From positions 28,966-92,965 of the IMG/VR virus record IMGVR_UViG_3300035670_000102: 64,000 nucleotides of DNA; one strand, 5' to 3'. Source of the stretch: a virus. Shown one piece after another: positions 11,275 to 21,832 of the stretch; position 1 is the stretch's first letter; each line of letters starts with the position of its first letter. A program made the translations under genes and the position numbers. Under the pieces are notes generated by a model. It did no database searches, had not been told where the DNA came from, and worked only from the letters and a program-made list of their open reading frames with translations.

Positions 11275-12707
11275 TGGCATTAAATCCTTTTTTTCAGCAA
11301 GGTTCTCCCAGTGAACAGCGATTATTACAACAACTTATAAATGAACAACTAAAAATATATGGAATAGAAGTTGCGTATATTCCTAGAAAATTTGTAAAGG
11401 TTGAAACTATAATAAGGGAAGTAACATCTTCAAAATTTAATGACGCTTTTATGATAGAAGCTTATTTAAATACTTATGATGGTCATACTGGTGCTGGAGA
11501 TATTCTTACAAAATTTGGAATGAGTTTAAAAGATGAGATGTCAATTATAATTTCAAGAGAAAGATTTGAAGATTTTATATCTCCATTTTTAGAATCTATG
11601 AGTGATGAAGAAATAACTGTTACAACAAGACCAAGAGAGGGAGACTTAATTTATTTTCCACTTGGAAAAAGATTATTTGAAGTTAAATTTGTTGAGCATG
11701 AAAAACCTTTTTACCAATTAGGAAATTTGTATGTGTATGAATTACAATGTGAACTCTTTGAATATGAAGATGAAGTTGGTGGATGGGAAGGACTTGATAC
11801 AACAGTTAAGGAAATCGATAGTGTTTTAGCAGATCAAGGATACATAACATCTTTGGAACTTTTCCCAATTACATATCCTGCCCAAGTTAGTGGAAGTTAT
11901 AGTGCTGAAACTGGCTATGTTAGAAAAATTATATTAAATGATGATGGATCTGGTTATACATCAAGACCAAACGTTGCTATTTCTTCAGCTCCTATAGGAG
12001 GAACAAATGCATCCGCAGTAGCTATTACTACTTGCAAAGGTGGAGTTTGCTCTATTAAAGAAATTCTTTTAACTGAAGTTGGATCCGGATATACCATAGC
12101 ACCGTCAATAATTATTTCTGGTGGGGGTGGTGTAGGAGCATCAGCAACTTGTGAGATTGTAAACACACCAAATTATTTTGGTTTTAAATTTGGAAACATA
12201 ACCAATGCCGGAAATGGATATGTTTCAAATCCAATTGTGGCAATTGGTACAGCATCAAATTCTTTGGTTCCATCTTCAGATAGAAAGCAAGCATATGGTG
12301 TTGCAATTGTTGGAGCTGGAAGTTCGGTTGGAATTATAACACAAGTTTTAATATCAGATGCTGGAATTGGATATACTTCTCAAGCACCAGTCAGCATAAC
12401 TTCTCCTCCAGGATTAACTGGAATTGGTACATATATTTTCAATGAAGTTATTACTGGACAAACATCAGGATCTAAGGCTAGAGTTAAAAGTTGGAATGAT
12501 AGTACAAGTATTTTACAAGTTGGAATGACATCGGGAGAATTTTTTAAAGGTGAAACTATAGTTGGATCAGCTTCATCTGCTAGATATAGTATCAAAGTTG
12601 TTCAAGTTGCTACATCTTCTGATAAATATGAACAGAATGATGAGATCGAACAAGAAGCCGATTTAATTGTAGATTTTTCAGAGTCAAATCCGTTTGGTAA
12701 TTACTAA
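11274..12707 (+). CDS. g14: Neck protein gp14 with internal GxGY-repeat extension
   Basis: PREGDLIYFPL..RLFEVKFVEHEKPFYQLG..YVYELQCELFEY and C-terminal DFSESNPFG. Confidence 0.9.
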   Translation: MALNPFFQQGSPSEQRLLQQLINEQLKIYGIEVAYIPRKFVKVETIIREVTSSKFNDAFMIEAYLNTYDGHTGAGDILTKFGMSLKDEMSIIISRERFEDFISPFLESMSDEEITVTTRPREGDLIYFPLGKRLFEVKFVEHEKPFYQLGNLYVYELQCELFEYEDEVGGWEGLDTTVKEIDSVLADQGYITSLELFPITYPAQVSGSYSAETGYVRKIILNDDGSGYTSRPNVAISSAPIGGTNASAVAITTCKGGVCSIKEILLTEVGSGYTIAPSIIISGGGGVGASATCEIVNTPNYFGFKFGNITNAGNGYVSNPIVAIGTASNSLVPSSDRKQAYGVAIVGAGSSVGIITQVLISDAGIGYTSQAPVSITSPPGLTGIGTYIFNEVITGQTSGSKARVKSWNDSTSILQVGMTSGEFFKGETIVGSASSARYSIKVVQVATSSDKYEQNDEIEQEADLIVDFSESNPFGNY

Positions 12708-13507
12708 TGTTAGGAACCTATTATTATCATCAAATTATAAGAAAAACTATCATAGCTTTTGGAACCTTATTTAATCAAATTTACATTAAACATTTAGATT
12801 CCAATGAGAATGTATATAATGAGATGAGAGTTCCTTTATCTTATTCACCAACACAAAAGTTTTTAGCCCGTTTACAACAACAGTCAGAATTAAACAAACC
12901 CGTCCAAATAACATTACCAAGAATGTCTTTTGAGATGGTTTCTATAACTTACGATGCAAGCAGAAAGGCGAATATAACTCAAACATTTAAAACTGTAGAT
13001 CAGCAGGGAAATTTTAAAAAAGTATTTTTACCAGTTCCATATAATATTGGTTTTCAATTAAATATTTTTACAAAATTAAATGATGATGCTTTACAAATAA
13101 TTGAGCAGATTTTACCATTTTTTCAACCAGCATTTAATCTTACCGTAGATCTTGTAGATTCTATTGGGGAAAAAAGAGATATACCAATTGTTCTCGATGA
13201 TGTATCTTTTAAAGATGAGTATGAAGGTGATTTTTCTACTAGAAGAGCTTTAATATATACACTTACCTTTACAGCAAAAACGTATTTATTTGGACCTATA
13301 GTAAATAGTACAGATGGTCTAATCCGTAAAGTTCAAGTTGATATGTATAGCACTACGGATGTTCAAACTGCAAAAAGAGAAATGAGATATACCGTTGTTC
13401 CAGATCCAATAGATGCTAATCCCGAAGATGATTTTGGATTTAATGAAAATTGGGAACAGTTTGAAGATTCAAAAGTTTATAGTCCAACACAACAAAGTGA
13501 TGTTTGA
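12707..13507 (+). CDS. g15: Tail sheath stabiliser/completion protein gp15
   Basis: YYYHQIIRKTIIAFGTLFN, LPRMSFE, QIIEQILPFFQP. Confidence 0.92.
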   Translation: MLGTYYYHQIIRKTIIAFGTLFNQIYIKHLDSNENVYNEMRVPLSYSPTQKFLARLQQQSELNKPVQITLPRMSFEMVSITYDASRKANITQTFKTVDQQGNFKKVFLPVPYNIGFQLNIFTKLNDDALQIIEQILPFFQPAFNLTVDLVDSIGEKRDIPIVLDDVSFKDEYEGDFSTRRALIYTLTFTAKTYLFGPIVNSTDGLIRKVQVDMYSTTDVQTAKREMRYTVVPDPIDANPEDDFGFNENWEQFEDSKVYSPTQQSDV

Positions 13508-13512
13508 TAACT

Positions 13513-13938
13513 ATGAAAGAAAATTATGATTCAATCAGTAAAGTTCTTAATGTTGAAAACGAAATTGTAGAGATTGATGTTCAGGATAAAGAAACAGTAA
13601 TTAATTCCTTAAAGGATGAAGACATAAAAAAAGATTATGAATACACTCGTGCAAATTTGTATTCTTTAATTGAAAAAGGACAAGAAGCAATAAATGGAAT
13701 AATGGAGCTTGCTGGAGAGGGAGGTAGTCCAAGAGCATATGAAGTTGCAGGACAATTAATTAAAAATGTCGGTGATGTTACTGATAAACTCATAGATTTA
13801 CAAAAAAAACTTAAAGAAGTTGAAGAAAATACTACAAAGACTACTAATAATGTAACTAACAATGCGGTATTTGTTGGATCAACATCGGATCTTTCAAAAT
13901 TACTTAAACAAGGTTTTCTAAATAATAAAGAGAAATAA
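13513..13938 (+). CDS. g16: Terminase small subunit gp16
   Basis: DYEYTRANLYSLIEKGQEAI, PRAYEVAGQLIK, NNAVFVGSTSDL; ATG at 13513 preferred over TTG at 13504. Confidence 0.9.
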   Translation: MKENYDSISKVLNVENEIVEIDVQDKETVINSLKDEDIKKDYEYTRANLYSLIEKGQEAINGIMELAGEGGSPRAYEVAGQLIKNVGDVTDKLIDLQKKLKEVEENTTKTTNNVTNNAVFVGSTSDLSKLLKQGFLNNKEK

Positions 13939-13949
13939 TACTTTTTTAA

Positions 13950-15683
13950 ATGATTTGGTCTGATAATTATAAAAGATCAATAGATTGTGATAATCCGAAA
14001 GGATTTTCTCAAAAAGCACATTGTGCAGCTCGCAAAAAAAAATTGAAAGATGTAAAAGAGCACTGTGGATGTGAAGATGATGCTGTTCAAGAACTTGAAG
14101 ATAAATTGAAGACTTTGAATGATACTTCTTATGATTCTATAGATAAAGTAATGCATCGTATTATGAAAAAGCACGATATGACTGCAAAACAATTGCATAA
14201 TGCTTTTGTCGATAAACATCAAAAAACGCCAGATGATTGGATTAATGAGGGAACTCTTCATCATTGGTTCAAAGGTTCAAAGTCAAAAGACGGAAAACCA
14301 GGTTGGGTTCAGGCAGATGGATCACCTTGCGCTAACGAACCAGGAGAAACTAAAACACCAAAATGTTTTAGTAGTGGAAGACTAAAGGCACTAAAAAGAA
14401 AAGGTAAAAAAGGATTAGCACTTATCAAATCTGCAGTAAGAAGAAAAAGAAAAAAAGATAAAGGTCAACAAGCAAAGTCTGGTGGAGCAAGACCAACGAT
14501 GGTCTCCACTTTTGCTAAAGGTAAAAAAGATCCCAACTACGTCAAAGCAGAACCAGGAATCAAAGAATCAATGGAACTCAACGAAGCATCAAAAGACAAG
14601 CCAGGCAAAGGTAGTGGTAAAAAAGATGCCTGTTACCATAAAGTAAGATCAAGATATGATGTTTGGCCAAGTGCATATGCATCTGGAGCACTTGTCAAAT
14701 GTCGTAAAGTTGGTGCTGCAAATTGGGGAACTAAATCGGAGGCCACGGAAATGATTAGATATTGTCCAAAATGTCAAAAAAATGAGGCTCGTTCAGAATG
14801 TAAGTATGGTCCAAAGTTTTGGGATATGTATTCGATGCCAAGCATTTTACGCAAAGACTACGATCCAAATAAACCACATCCAGGTAATTTCCCAGAGTCA
14901 TATGACCACGAATACTCTATGGCTCGTTCTGAAATTTCTACCATTATTAAAGCTGCAAAAAGACTTCGTAAAAAAATGAAGGGTGAGGGTAATATTGAAG
15001 CATGGGTACAATCAAAAATTACAAAAGCGGCAGATTATATTGATTCTGCGGCAGATTATGTTGATAGTGGAGAAATGAAAGAACAGGTTGCTGGTACTGA
15101 TGCAATGTCAGATAAAAAACCTTTTGATATTGCTGTTGAAAAAATTATGAAGAGAAAGGATAAAATGACTCCAAGACAAAGAATCGTTGCTTTGAAACAA
15201 GCAGGAAAACTTCAAGGAATCGATGAACAACAAGTTGGCGGATCTGTAAAATTAAAATCTGGATCTGGTCTTGGTGGAGCAGTTATTTCATATCCAGAAG
15301 GTAAAGCACCTAAAAAGCATGGAGATAAAGAACCAAAACTTCCTGTTCTTCAGCAAGCACATTATAAACCAGAAAATGATCTAGTAGAATATTCAAATTG
15401 GAGAGCAGACTTTGGATTATCGGAAGATTGGCAAAAAGTCAATCGTAAAGATAAAACTGATGGTCTAAGTCAAGCAGCAGTTAATGCATATCGTCGTGAG
15501 AATCCAGGTTCAAAATTGCAAACTGCAGTAACTGAGAAGAAACCAAAAGGTAAAAGAGCAAAACGCCGTGCTAACTTCTGTCGTCGCATGAAAGGTATGA
15601 AGTCCAAACTAACTTCAACAAAAACTGCAAGAGACCCAGATTCAAGAATCAACAAAGCACTTCGTCGTTGGAGATGTAACTAA
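13950..15683 (+). CDS. Basic, modular hypothetical protein (candidate internal head polyprotein)
   Basis: 577 aa, K/R-rich, short Cys/Trp-containing modules separated by [ILV]xE motifs; CTAAATA late-promoter variant near 13918. Confidence 0.75.
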   Translation: MIWSDNYKRSIDCDNPKGFSQKAHCAARKKKLKDVKEHCGCEDDAVQELEDKLKTLNDTSYDSIDKVMHRIMKKHDMTAKQLHNAFVDKHQKTPDDWINEGTLHHWFKGSKSKDGKPGWVQADGSPCANEPGETKTPKCFSSGRLKALKRKGKKGLALIKSAVRRKRKKDKGQQAKSGGARPTMVSTFAKGKKDPNYVKAEPGIKESMELNEASKDKPGKGSGKKDACYHKVRSRYDVWPSAYASGALVKCRKVGAANWGTKSEATEMIRYCPKCQKNEARSECKYGPKFWDMYSMPSILRKDYDPNKPHPGNFPESYDHEYSMARSEISTIIKAAKRLRKKMKGEGNIEAWVQSKITKAADYIDSAADYVDSGEMKEQVAGTDAMSDKKPFDIAVEKIMKRKDKMTPRQRIVALKQAGKLQGIDEQQVGGSVKLKSGSGLGGAVISYPEGKAPKKHGDKEPKLPVLQQAHYKPENDLVEYSNWRADFGLSEDWQKVNRKDKTDGLSQAAVNAYRRENPGSKLQTAVTEKKPKGKRAKRRANFCRRMKGMKSKLTSTKTARDPDSRINKALRRWRCN

Positions 15684-15684
15684 A

Positions 15685-15993
15685 ATGAAATCTTTTCAAC
15701 AATTTATTTCAGAAAGTATCAATATTGCGGGAGATTTCAATGGAAATCTCTATATGAACAGTTCTCAACCAGAACAAGCAACTGAATCTTTTCTTGCCGA
15801 TGTAGTTTGGCAGGGTAAGATCTATCGTATGGAAGTTGAAGGTAAGATGATGAGTAAGAATGAACTTGCAGAACAACTGCAAGATGAATATCCAGGTGCA
15901 ATTGTTCATAACATTTATCCAAACTCAACTAGTTCAGTAAAAGTTAAAAACGCACAAAGATATCAACCAGAAAGATTGACTTGGGGTGAGTGA
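15685..15993 (+). CDS. Hypothetical protein with T4 internal-protein-like N-terminus (MKSFQQFISE)
   Basis: Tightly packed ORF; N-terminus resembles the T4 capsid-targeting sequence MKTYQEFIAE. Confidence 0.7.
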   Translation: MKSFQQFISESINIAGDFNGNLYMNSSQPEQATESFLADVVWQGKIYRMEVEGKMMSKNELAEQLQDEYPGAIVHNIYPNSTSSVKVKNAQRYQPERLTWGE

Positions 15994-15996
15994 TTT

Positions 15997-17271
15997 ATGG
16001 CACAATGGAATAAGAATACACAAGACTTCTTAAACCAAGAAAGAAGTCTCTTTGAAACTTTTAATATTGCAGATCATTGGGGAAACCAGACAGATTGGAG
16101 ACCACAGTTTTCTAATAACAATAGACTCAAGACCGCACCCTTCCAAACAGTTTTCTTTAATACATTCCAGTATGGTAAAGAAACTGATGTTTGGGATGAG
16201 AGAATAGTTGGAGTTGGAACTGCAACTTGGAACCAATATTCAAGTAATGTGATTATGCAGGTTGGGGTCACTACAGGAAGCAAAGTTATTAGACAGACCA
16301 AGAATGTGATGAGATACATTCCTGGTAGACCCGCAACACTCGCATTTGCAATCAGATTGGAACAACCTCAAGTAGGTATTCGTAGAAGATTTGGATTGTT
16401 TGACGATAATAATGGTGCTTACTTTGAGGATGATGGTGGAACATACTCTTATGTGATTCGTACAAGCACATCAGGAATTACTACAGAAATAAGAGTTGGT
16501 AGAGATGAATGGAATGGTGAAAAGTTTGATGGTAATGGTTGGACTGGTGTAATCGCAGACCCAACAAAACAACAGATGATTTCCATAAGTTATGAGTGGT
16601 ATGGTGCAGGAACAGTAGAATTTAATTGGTTAATGAAAGGTGAGACTATTAGAAGTCATCAATTTGATAACTCAAATAATCTCGATAAAGTTTGGTGTTC
16701 CACTCCATTCCTTCCAATTCGTTGTGAGATTGAGAATGTAACTGGTGTTGCAGGAACTCATTATCTTTATCAAGGTTCCAATTCACTTATTCAAGAAGGT
16801 GGTGCAGATAAACTCGGAACTCTTTTGAGTCAGTCTAACGGGATTACTGGAACTACAATGGCAGTTGCAAATACATTCTACCCAATTATTAGTTTGAGAC
16901 TTAAGTCAAGTGCTCTGAATGCAGTAATGCTTTTAAGATCTTTGCAAGCAGTAACTAATGATAATACGAATGTGTATTGGCAACTTTTACAAAATGCAAC
17001 ATTAACTAATCCAAACTGGACAAACCATCCAGATGTAGATTCATTTGTTCAATATGATATTTCTGCAACTGCACTTTCTGGGGGAAGAGATATTCTTTCT
17101 GGATTTACTATCTCTGGTGGTTCTTCTTTGACCGAAATTGATAGACTTGCAGACTTACAAATTGGAAGATCTGGGATTGGGACAATTAGTGACACAATTA
17201 CTCTTGCTTGTGCATCTCCCAACACTAATAAAGCAGCACTTGTAGTATTGAACTGGATTGAGCAGAGGTAA
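15997..17271 (+). CDS. Hypothetical beta-rich protein, probably structural
   Basis: 424-aa ORF, Gly/Thr/Trp-rich, in the g16-g17 variable interval; no confident family call. Confidence 0.7.
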   Translation: MAQWNKNTQDFLNQERSLFETFNIADHWGNQTDWRPQFSNNNRLKTAPFQTVFFNTFQYGKETDVWDERIVGVGTATWNQYSSNVIMQVGVTTGSKVIRQTKNVMRYIPGRPATLAFAIRLEQPQVGIRRRFGLFDDNNGAYFEDDGGTYSYVIRTSTSGITTEIRVGRDEWNGEKFDGNGWTGVIADPTKQQMISISYEWYGAGTVEFNWLMKGETIRSHQFDNSNNLDKVWCSTPFLPIRCEIENVTGVAGTHYLYQGSNSLIQEGGADKLGTLLSQSNGITGTTMAVANTFYPIISLRLKSSALNAVMLLRSLQAVTNDNTNVYWQLLQNATLTNPNWTNHPDVDSFVQYDISATALSGGRDILSGFTISGGSSLTEIDRLADLQIGRSGIGTISDTITLACASPNTNKAALVVLNWIEQR

Positions 17272-17276
17272 TTTTT

Positions 17277-18974
17277 ATGTCTGATAACGTTTATCTTGGC
17301 AATCCTAATTTAAAAAAGGCAAATACGCCTATTCAGTTCACTGAAGAACAAATTATTGAGTTCTTGAAGTGCAAAGAAGATCCCGTATACTTTGCAAAGA
17401 ATTATATTAAGATTGTTTCTTTGGATCACGGTCTTGTTCCTTTCCAAATGTATCCGTTTCAGGAGAAACTTGTAAGGAACTTCCACGAAAATAGATTTAA
17501 TATTTGCAAGATGCCCCGACAGACGGGTAAATCAACTACTTGCGTTTCATACTTGTTACATTATGCAGTATTTAATGATAACGTTAATATTGCAATTCTA
17601 GCAAACAAAGCGTCTACTGCTAGAGACCTTCTCGGAAGATTGCAACTTGCTTATGAGAATTTGCCAAAATGGATGCAGCAAGGTATTATATCCTGGAACA
17701 AAGGATCACTTGAATTAGAAAATGGATCAAAAATTTCATCAAACTCCACTTCTTCATCTGCGGTTAGAGGTGGATCATACAATGTCATCTTTTTGGACGA
17801 ATTTGCATTCATTCCGAATCACATTGCAGATGACTTTTTTGCTTCTGTTTATCCTACTATTTCTTCTGGACAAAGCACAAAGGTAATTATTGTTTCTACA
17901 CCTCGCGGTATGAACCACTTCTACCGCATGTGGCATGACGCTGAGAGGGGCAAGAACGAATATATACCCACAGATGTCCATTGGTCTGAAGTACCAGGTA
18001 GAGACGAAGCGTGGAAAGCACAGACGATTGCAAACACTTCAGAGCAACAATTCAAAGTTGAGTTTGAGTGTGAATTTTTAGGGTCAGTTAACACTCTTAT
18101 TAATGCATCAAAACTTCGTAATCTTGCGTATGACGATCCTATCAAAAGAAATGCTGGTTTAGATATCTATGAGCATCCAAAGGAAGAGCATAATTATCTA
18201 ATTACAGTTGACGTTGCTCGTGGACTTGGAAATGATTATTCAGCATTTGTTGTTTTTGATATTACCAATTTTCCTTATAAAGTTGTAGGAAAATATAAAA
18301 ACAATGAAATTAAACCAATGTTGTTTCCCAGCATCATTCACGAAGTGGCAAAAGGATACAATGATGCCTGGTTATTAATTGAAGTTAATGATATTGGAGA
18401 TCAGGTAGCAAGTATTCTTCATTTTGATTTAGAATATGATAATGTTTTGATGTGTGCAATGAGAGGTCGTGCTGGGCAAATTGTTGGTTCGGGATTTAGT
18501 GGAAAGAAATCTCAACTTGGTGTCAGAATGACTGCAGCTGTTAAAAAATTAGGATGCTCTAATCTTAAGACCCTACTTGAAGATGATAAACTTTTAACAG
18601 TAGATTATGATATTATTAGCGAACTCACAACATTTTCTCAAAAACATAATTCATTTGAGGCAGAAGAAGGTTGTAATGATGACTTAGCAATGTGTCTTGT
18701 CATTTTCTCTTGGTTGGTTGCTCAAGATTATTTCAAAGAAATGACAGATAATGATGTTCGTAAGAGAATATATGAAGAGCAGAAAAATCAAATAGAACAA
18801 GATATGTCTCCTTTTGGATTTATCTCTGATGGATTAGAAGAAATGGAAGTCACTGTAGATTCTAACACTGGTGAAAAATGGATGTTTGCTAATGAAAATA
18901 ATAAAATTCAAAGTTTGGAAGTTTGGAATGTAGATGAATATGGTGATAGATCTTACATGTGGGATTATTTGTAA
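17277..18974 (+). CDS. g17: Terminase large subunit gp17
   Basis: YLGNPNLKKAN, Walker A PRQTGKST, Walker B IFLDEFAF, nuclease DVARG and DDLAMCL. Confidence 0.97.
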   Translation: MSDNVYLGNPNLKKANTPIQFTEEQIIEFLKCKEDPVYFAKNYIKIVSLDHGLVPFQMYPFQEKLVRNFHENRFNICKMPRQTGKSTTCVSYLLHYAVFNDNVNIAILANKASTARDLLGRLQLAYENLPKWMQQGIISWNKGSLELENGSKISSNSTSSSAVRGGSYNVIFLDEFAFIPNHIADDFFASVYPTISSGQSTKVIIVSTPRGMNHFYRMWHDAERGKNEYIPTDVHWSEVPGRDEAWKAQTIANTSEQQFKVEFECEFLGSVNTLINASKLRNLAYDDPIKRNAGLDIYEHPKEEHNYLITVDVARGLGNDYSAFVVFDITNFPYKVVGKYKNNEIKPMLFPSIIHEVAKGYNDAWLLIEVNDIGDQVASILHFDLEYDNVLMCAMRGRAGQIVGSGFSGKKSQLGVRMTAAVKKLGCSNLKTLLEDDKLLTVDYDIISELTTFSQKHNSFEAEEGCNDDLAMCLVIFSWLVAQDYFKEMTDNDVRKRIYEEQKNQIEQDMSPFGFISDGLEEMEVTVDSNTGEKWMFANENNKIQSLEVWNVDEYGDRSYMWDYL

Positions 18975-18985
18975 CACGGGTAATT

Positions 18986-18993
18986 TATAAATA
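18986..18993 (+). promoter_or_regulatory. T4 late promoter TATAAATA
   Basis: Exact consensus upstream of g18. Confidence 0.8.
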
Positions 18994-19030
18994 ATTTTAG
19001 AATAAATTCTGGTAAAACGGAGAGAGTAAG

Positions 19031-21184
19031 ATGCCGCTAAATTTAGCATCTCCTGGAATTGTAGTAAGAGAGGTTGACTTAACCATTGGGAGAGCAACAC
19101 CATCATCAGATAAAATTGGAGCAATTGTTGCACCTTTTGCGAAAGGTCCGGTTGAATCTCCAACTGTGGTTGAAAATGAAAATGATTTATTAAAGATTTT
19201 TGGTGAGCCATATGATGTTGATAAGCATTACGAATATTGGTTAACTGCATCATCATATCTTTCATACGGTGGATCACTTAGAGTTGTTAGATCTAATGAT
19301 TCCCAACTCACAAATGGATTTGTTGGTGCAGCTTCTAGTGTAAAAATTAAAAGTCTGGATCATTACAATGAGTTAGGATATGGTAGTAATACAATCACTA
19401 ATGTAACTTTTGTAGCACAAAATCCAGGTTCTTGGTCTAATGGGGTACGAGTTGCAATCATTGACTCTAAAGCTGATCAAACTTTAGGAGTAACCACAAC
19501 AAATATTGTAGTTGGTTACGGTGTAACTCAATCAGTCTCTGGTAAAGTTTTAGCAGGTTCGGGTACAACTTCCGTTTTAGATGGCTATTTAAGAGGAATT
19601 GTTACTGAAATCGGAACAGGAACAATAGGTGTTAAGGTTCTTTCTCATGTTTCTGCTGGAGGAACTGAAACAAAGTTAGATTATACTCCAAATGGTGTAT
19701 ATTCGTATGAAACTGGTTCAAATATAATTATTAAAGATAATAGCAATGTTGGTGTTGCTACAACAACTGTTAATACCAAGTTAGATTGGTTTGATCAACA
19801 GACCATAGGAATTACCACATCATCAATAGTTTATTGGAATACATTAGCACAGAGACCATCTACAACAGAATTTGCAGTTGCTAGAGGTTCTAGATTTGAT
19901 GAAGTTCATGTAGTGGTAATTGATGCGTTAGGTACGATTACCGGAAACGCAGGAACTATTTTAGAAAAGCACTTAGGTTTATCAAAGGCATCTGATGCAC
20001 AATTTTCCGTTGGTTCTCCATCTTATTGGAGAAAATATCTTTCAAATACGTCGGCTTATATTTTTGGAGGAAGTTCTCCAACCGGAATCGTAACTACTGG
20101 ATTTTCAAATTCAAATAATACTTTAGAATCTGATGTTGGTTGGGACCAAGAAGCTGATGGAATCACTTTTGCCGCATGTGGATCAAATACTTATATTTTA
20201 GGTGGTGGCAAAAACTATGATGGAACATCTACTTTAACTTCAGGATCTCTTACTGCAACTATTGGAGATTTATCTTCTGGATATGATTTATTTGAAAACA
20301 CAGATAATTTCAAAGTTGACTTTTTATTGATGGGATCTGCAAATTATGCAAAAGAAAATGCACAATCTTTAGCGAATAAATTAATTTCTGTTGCAGAATT
20401 AAGAAAAGATGCAATTGCATTTATTTCACCATATAGAGCTTCTTCACTTACAGATACTTCAAATCAAAATGAAGTAACTGTAAGGTCAGCTTCCGATATT
20501 ACAGATAATGTACTTTCATTCTATTCTGCAGTTGCATCATCCACTTATGCAGTGTTTGATTCTGGTTATAAGTACATGTATGATAGATTTTCTGATACTT
20601 TTAGATATGTTCCATTAAATGGAGATATTGCAGGAACTTGTGCAAGAAATGATATTAATAATTTCCCATGGTATTCACCTGCAGGTACTGCCAGAGGTTC
20701 TATTTTGAATGCAGTAAAACTTGCATACAATCCATCTAAAACACAAAGAGATAGATTATATTCAAATAGAATTAATTCCGTTATATTTTCACCAGGTGCT
20801 GGAATTATTCTATTTGGAGATAAAACTGGTTATGCAAAATCTTCTGCATTTGATAGAATCAATGTTAGAAGATTGTTTATCTATCTTGAAAACGCAATTT
20901 CGCAAGCAGCTAAAGATCAACTTTTTGAATTCAATGATTCTTTAACTAGAACAAACTTTGTAAATACAATAGAACCATTTTTGCGTGATGTTCAAGCTAA
21001 AAGAGGTATTTTTGATTATGTAGTGGTTTGTGACGAAACTAATAATACTGCTGCGGTGATTGATAATAATGAATTTATTGCTGATATCTACATTAAACCA
21101 TCCAGATCAATTAATTTTATTGGTCTTAACTTCATTGCAACCAAAACTGGTGTTGCTTTTGAAGAAGTAATCGGAAACTTTTAA
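19031..21184 (+). CDS. g18: Tail sheath protein gp18
   Basis: LASPGIVVREVDLT, PWYSPAG..RG, SAFDRINVRRLF, YIKPSRSINFI. Confidence 0.96.
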   Translation: MPLNLASPGIVVREVDLTIGRATPSSDKIGAIVAPFAKGPVESPTVVENENDLLKIFGEPYDVDKHYEYWLTASSYLSYGGSLRVVRSNDSQLTNGFVGAASSVKIKSLDHYNELGYGSNTITNVTFVAQNPGSWSNGVRVAIIDSKADQTLGVTTTNIVVGYGVTQSVSGKVLAGSGTTSVLDGYLRGIVTEIGTGTIGVKVLSHVSAGGTETKLDYTPNGVYSYETGSNIIIKDNSNVGVATTTVNTKLDWFDQQTIGITTSSIVYWNTLAQRPSTTEFAVARGSRFDEVHVVVIDALGTITGNAGTILEKHLGLSKASDAQFSVGSPSYWRKYLSNTSAYIFGGSSPTGIVTTGFSNSNNTLESDVGWDQEADGITFAACGSNTYILGGGKNYDGTSTLTSGSLTATIGDLSSGYDLFENTDNFKVDFLLMGSANYAKENAQSLANKLISVAELRKDAIAFISPYRASSLTDTSNQNEVTVRSASDITDNVLSFYSAVASSTYAVFDSGYKYMYDRFSDTFRYVPLNGDIAGTCARNDINNFPWYSPAGTARGSILNAVKLAYNPSKTQRDRLYSNRINSVIFSPGAGIILFGDKTGYAKSSAFDRINVRRLFIYLENAISQAAKDQLFEFNDSLTRTNFVNTIEPFLRDVQAKRGIFDYVVVCDETNNTAAVIDNNEFIADIYIKPSRSINFIGLNFIATKTGVAFEEVIGNF

Positions 21185-21207
21185 TTAACTAAGAGGTTTT
21201 AACAGCT

Positions 21208-21798
21208 ATGGCAACTAGAAATCAATTAAATCCACCTCCTTTAAGAAAGATTACGGATTTCAAAAGTAAATTAACTGGCGGTGGCGCAAGAAGTAATCTT
21301 TTTGAAGTTGTATTATCATTCCCAGATTTGGCAGCAACCGATACTAATGTTTTGGATAAGTCTAGATTTTTAGTTAAATCTGCGGCTCTTCCGGCATCAA
21401 ATATTGCACCTTTAGATGTTGCATTTAGAGGTAGAGTTTTAAAAGTTGCTGGAGATAGAACTTTTGATAGTTGGACAATTACAATTATTAATGATACTGA
21501 TTTTGCAATCAGATCTGCTTTTGAAAATTGGATGAATAAAATTAATAGATTATCTGATAATACAGGTTCAACTGATCCATCAACGTATCAGGCAGACGCT
21601 TTTGTTTATCAATTAGATCGTGATGGTAGTACATTACGCGCATATCACATGTACGATTTATTCCCAACTTCAATTAGCCAGATTCCTTTAGATTATGGTA
21701 CTAGCACAATCCAAGAATTTACAGTAGAAATGCAAGTTCTTTGGTGGGAAGCAATTAAAGGAGATTCTCCTGTTGCAGGTGGTCAGGATATTAACTAA
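21208..21798 (+). CDS. g19: Tail tube protein gp19
   Basis: GGGARSNLFEV, FRGRVLKVAGDRTFDSWTITIINDTDF. Confidence 0.95.
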   Translation: MATRNQLNPPPLRKITDFKSKLTGGGARSNLFEVVLSFPDLAATDTNVLDKSRFLVKSAALPASNIAPLDVAFRGRVLKVAGDRTFDSWTITIINDTDFAIRSAFENWMNKINRLSDNTGSTDPSTYQADAFVYQLDRDGSTLRAYHMYDLFPTSISQIPLDYGTSTIQEFTVEMQVLWWEAIKGDSPVAGGQDIN

Positions 21799-21832
21799 AT
21801 AATATATAATTAAGAGATTTAAAATTTATAAT

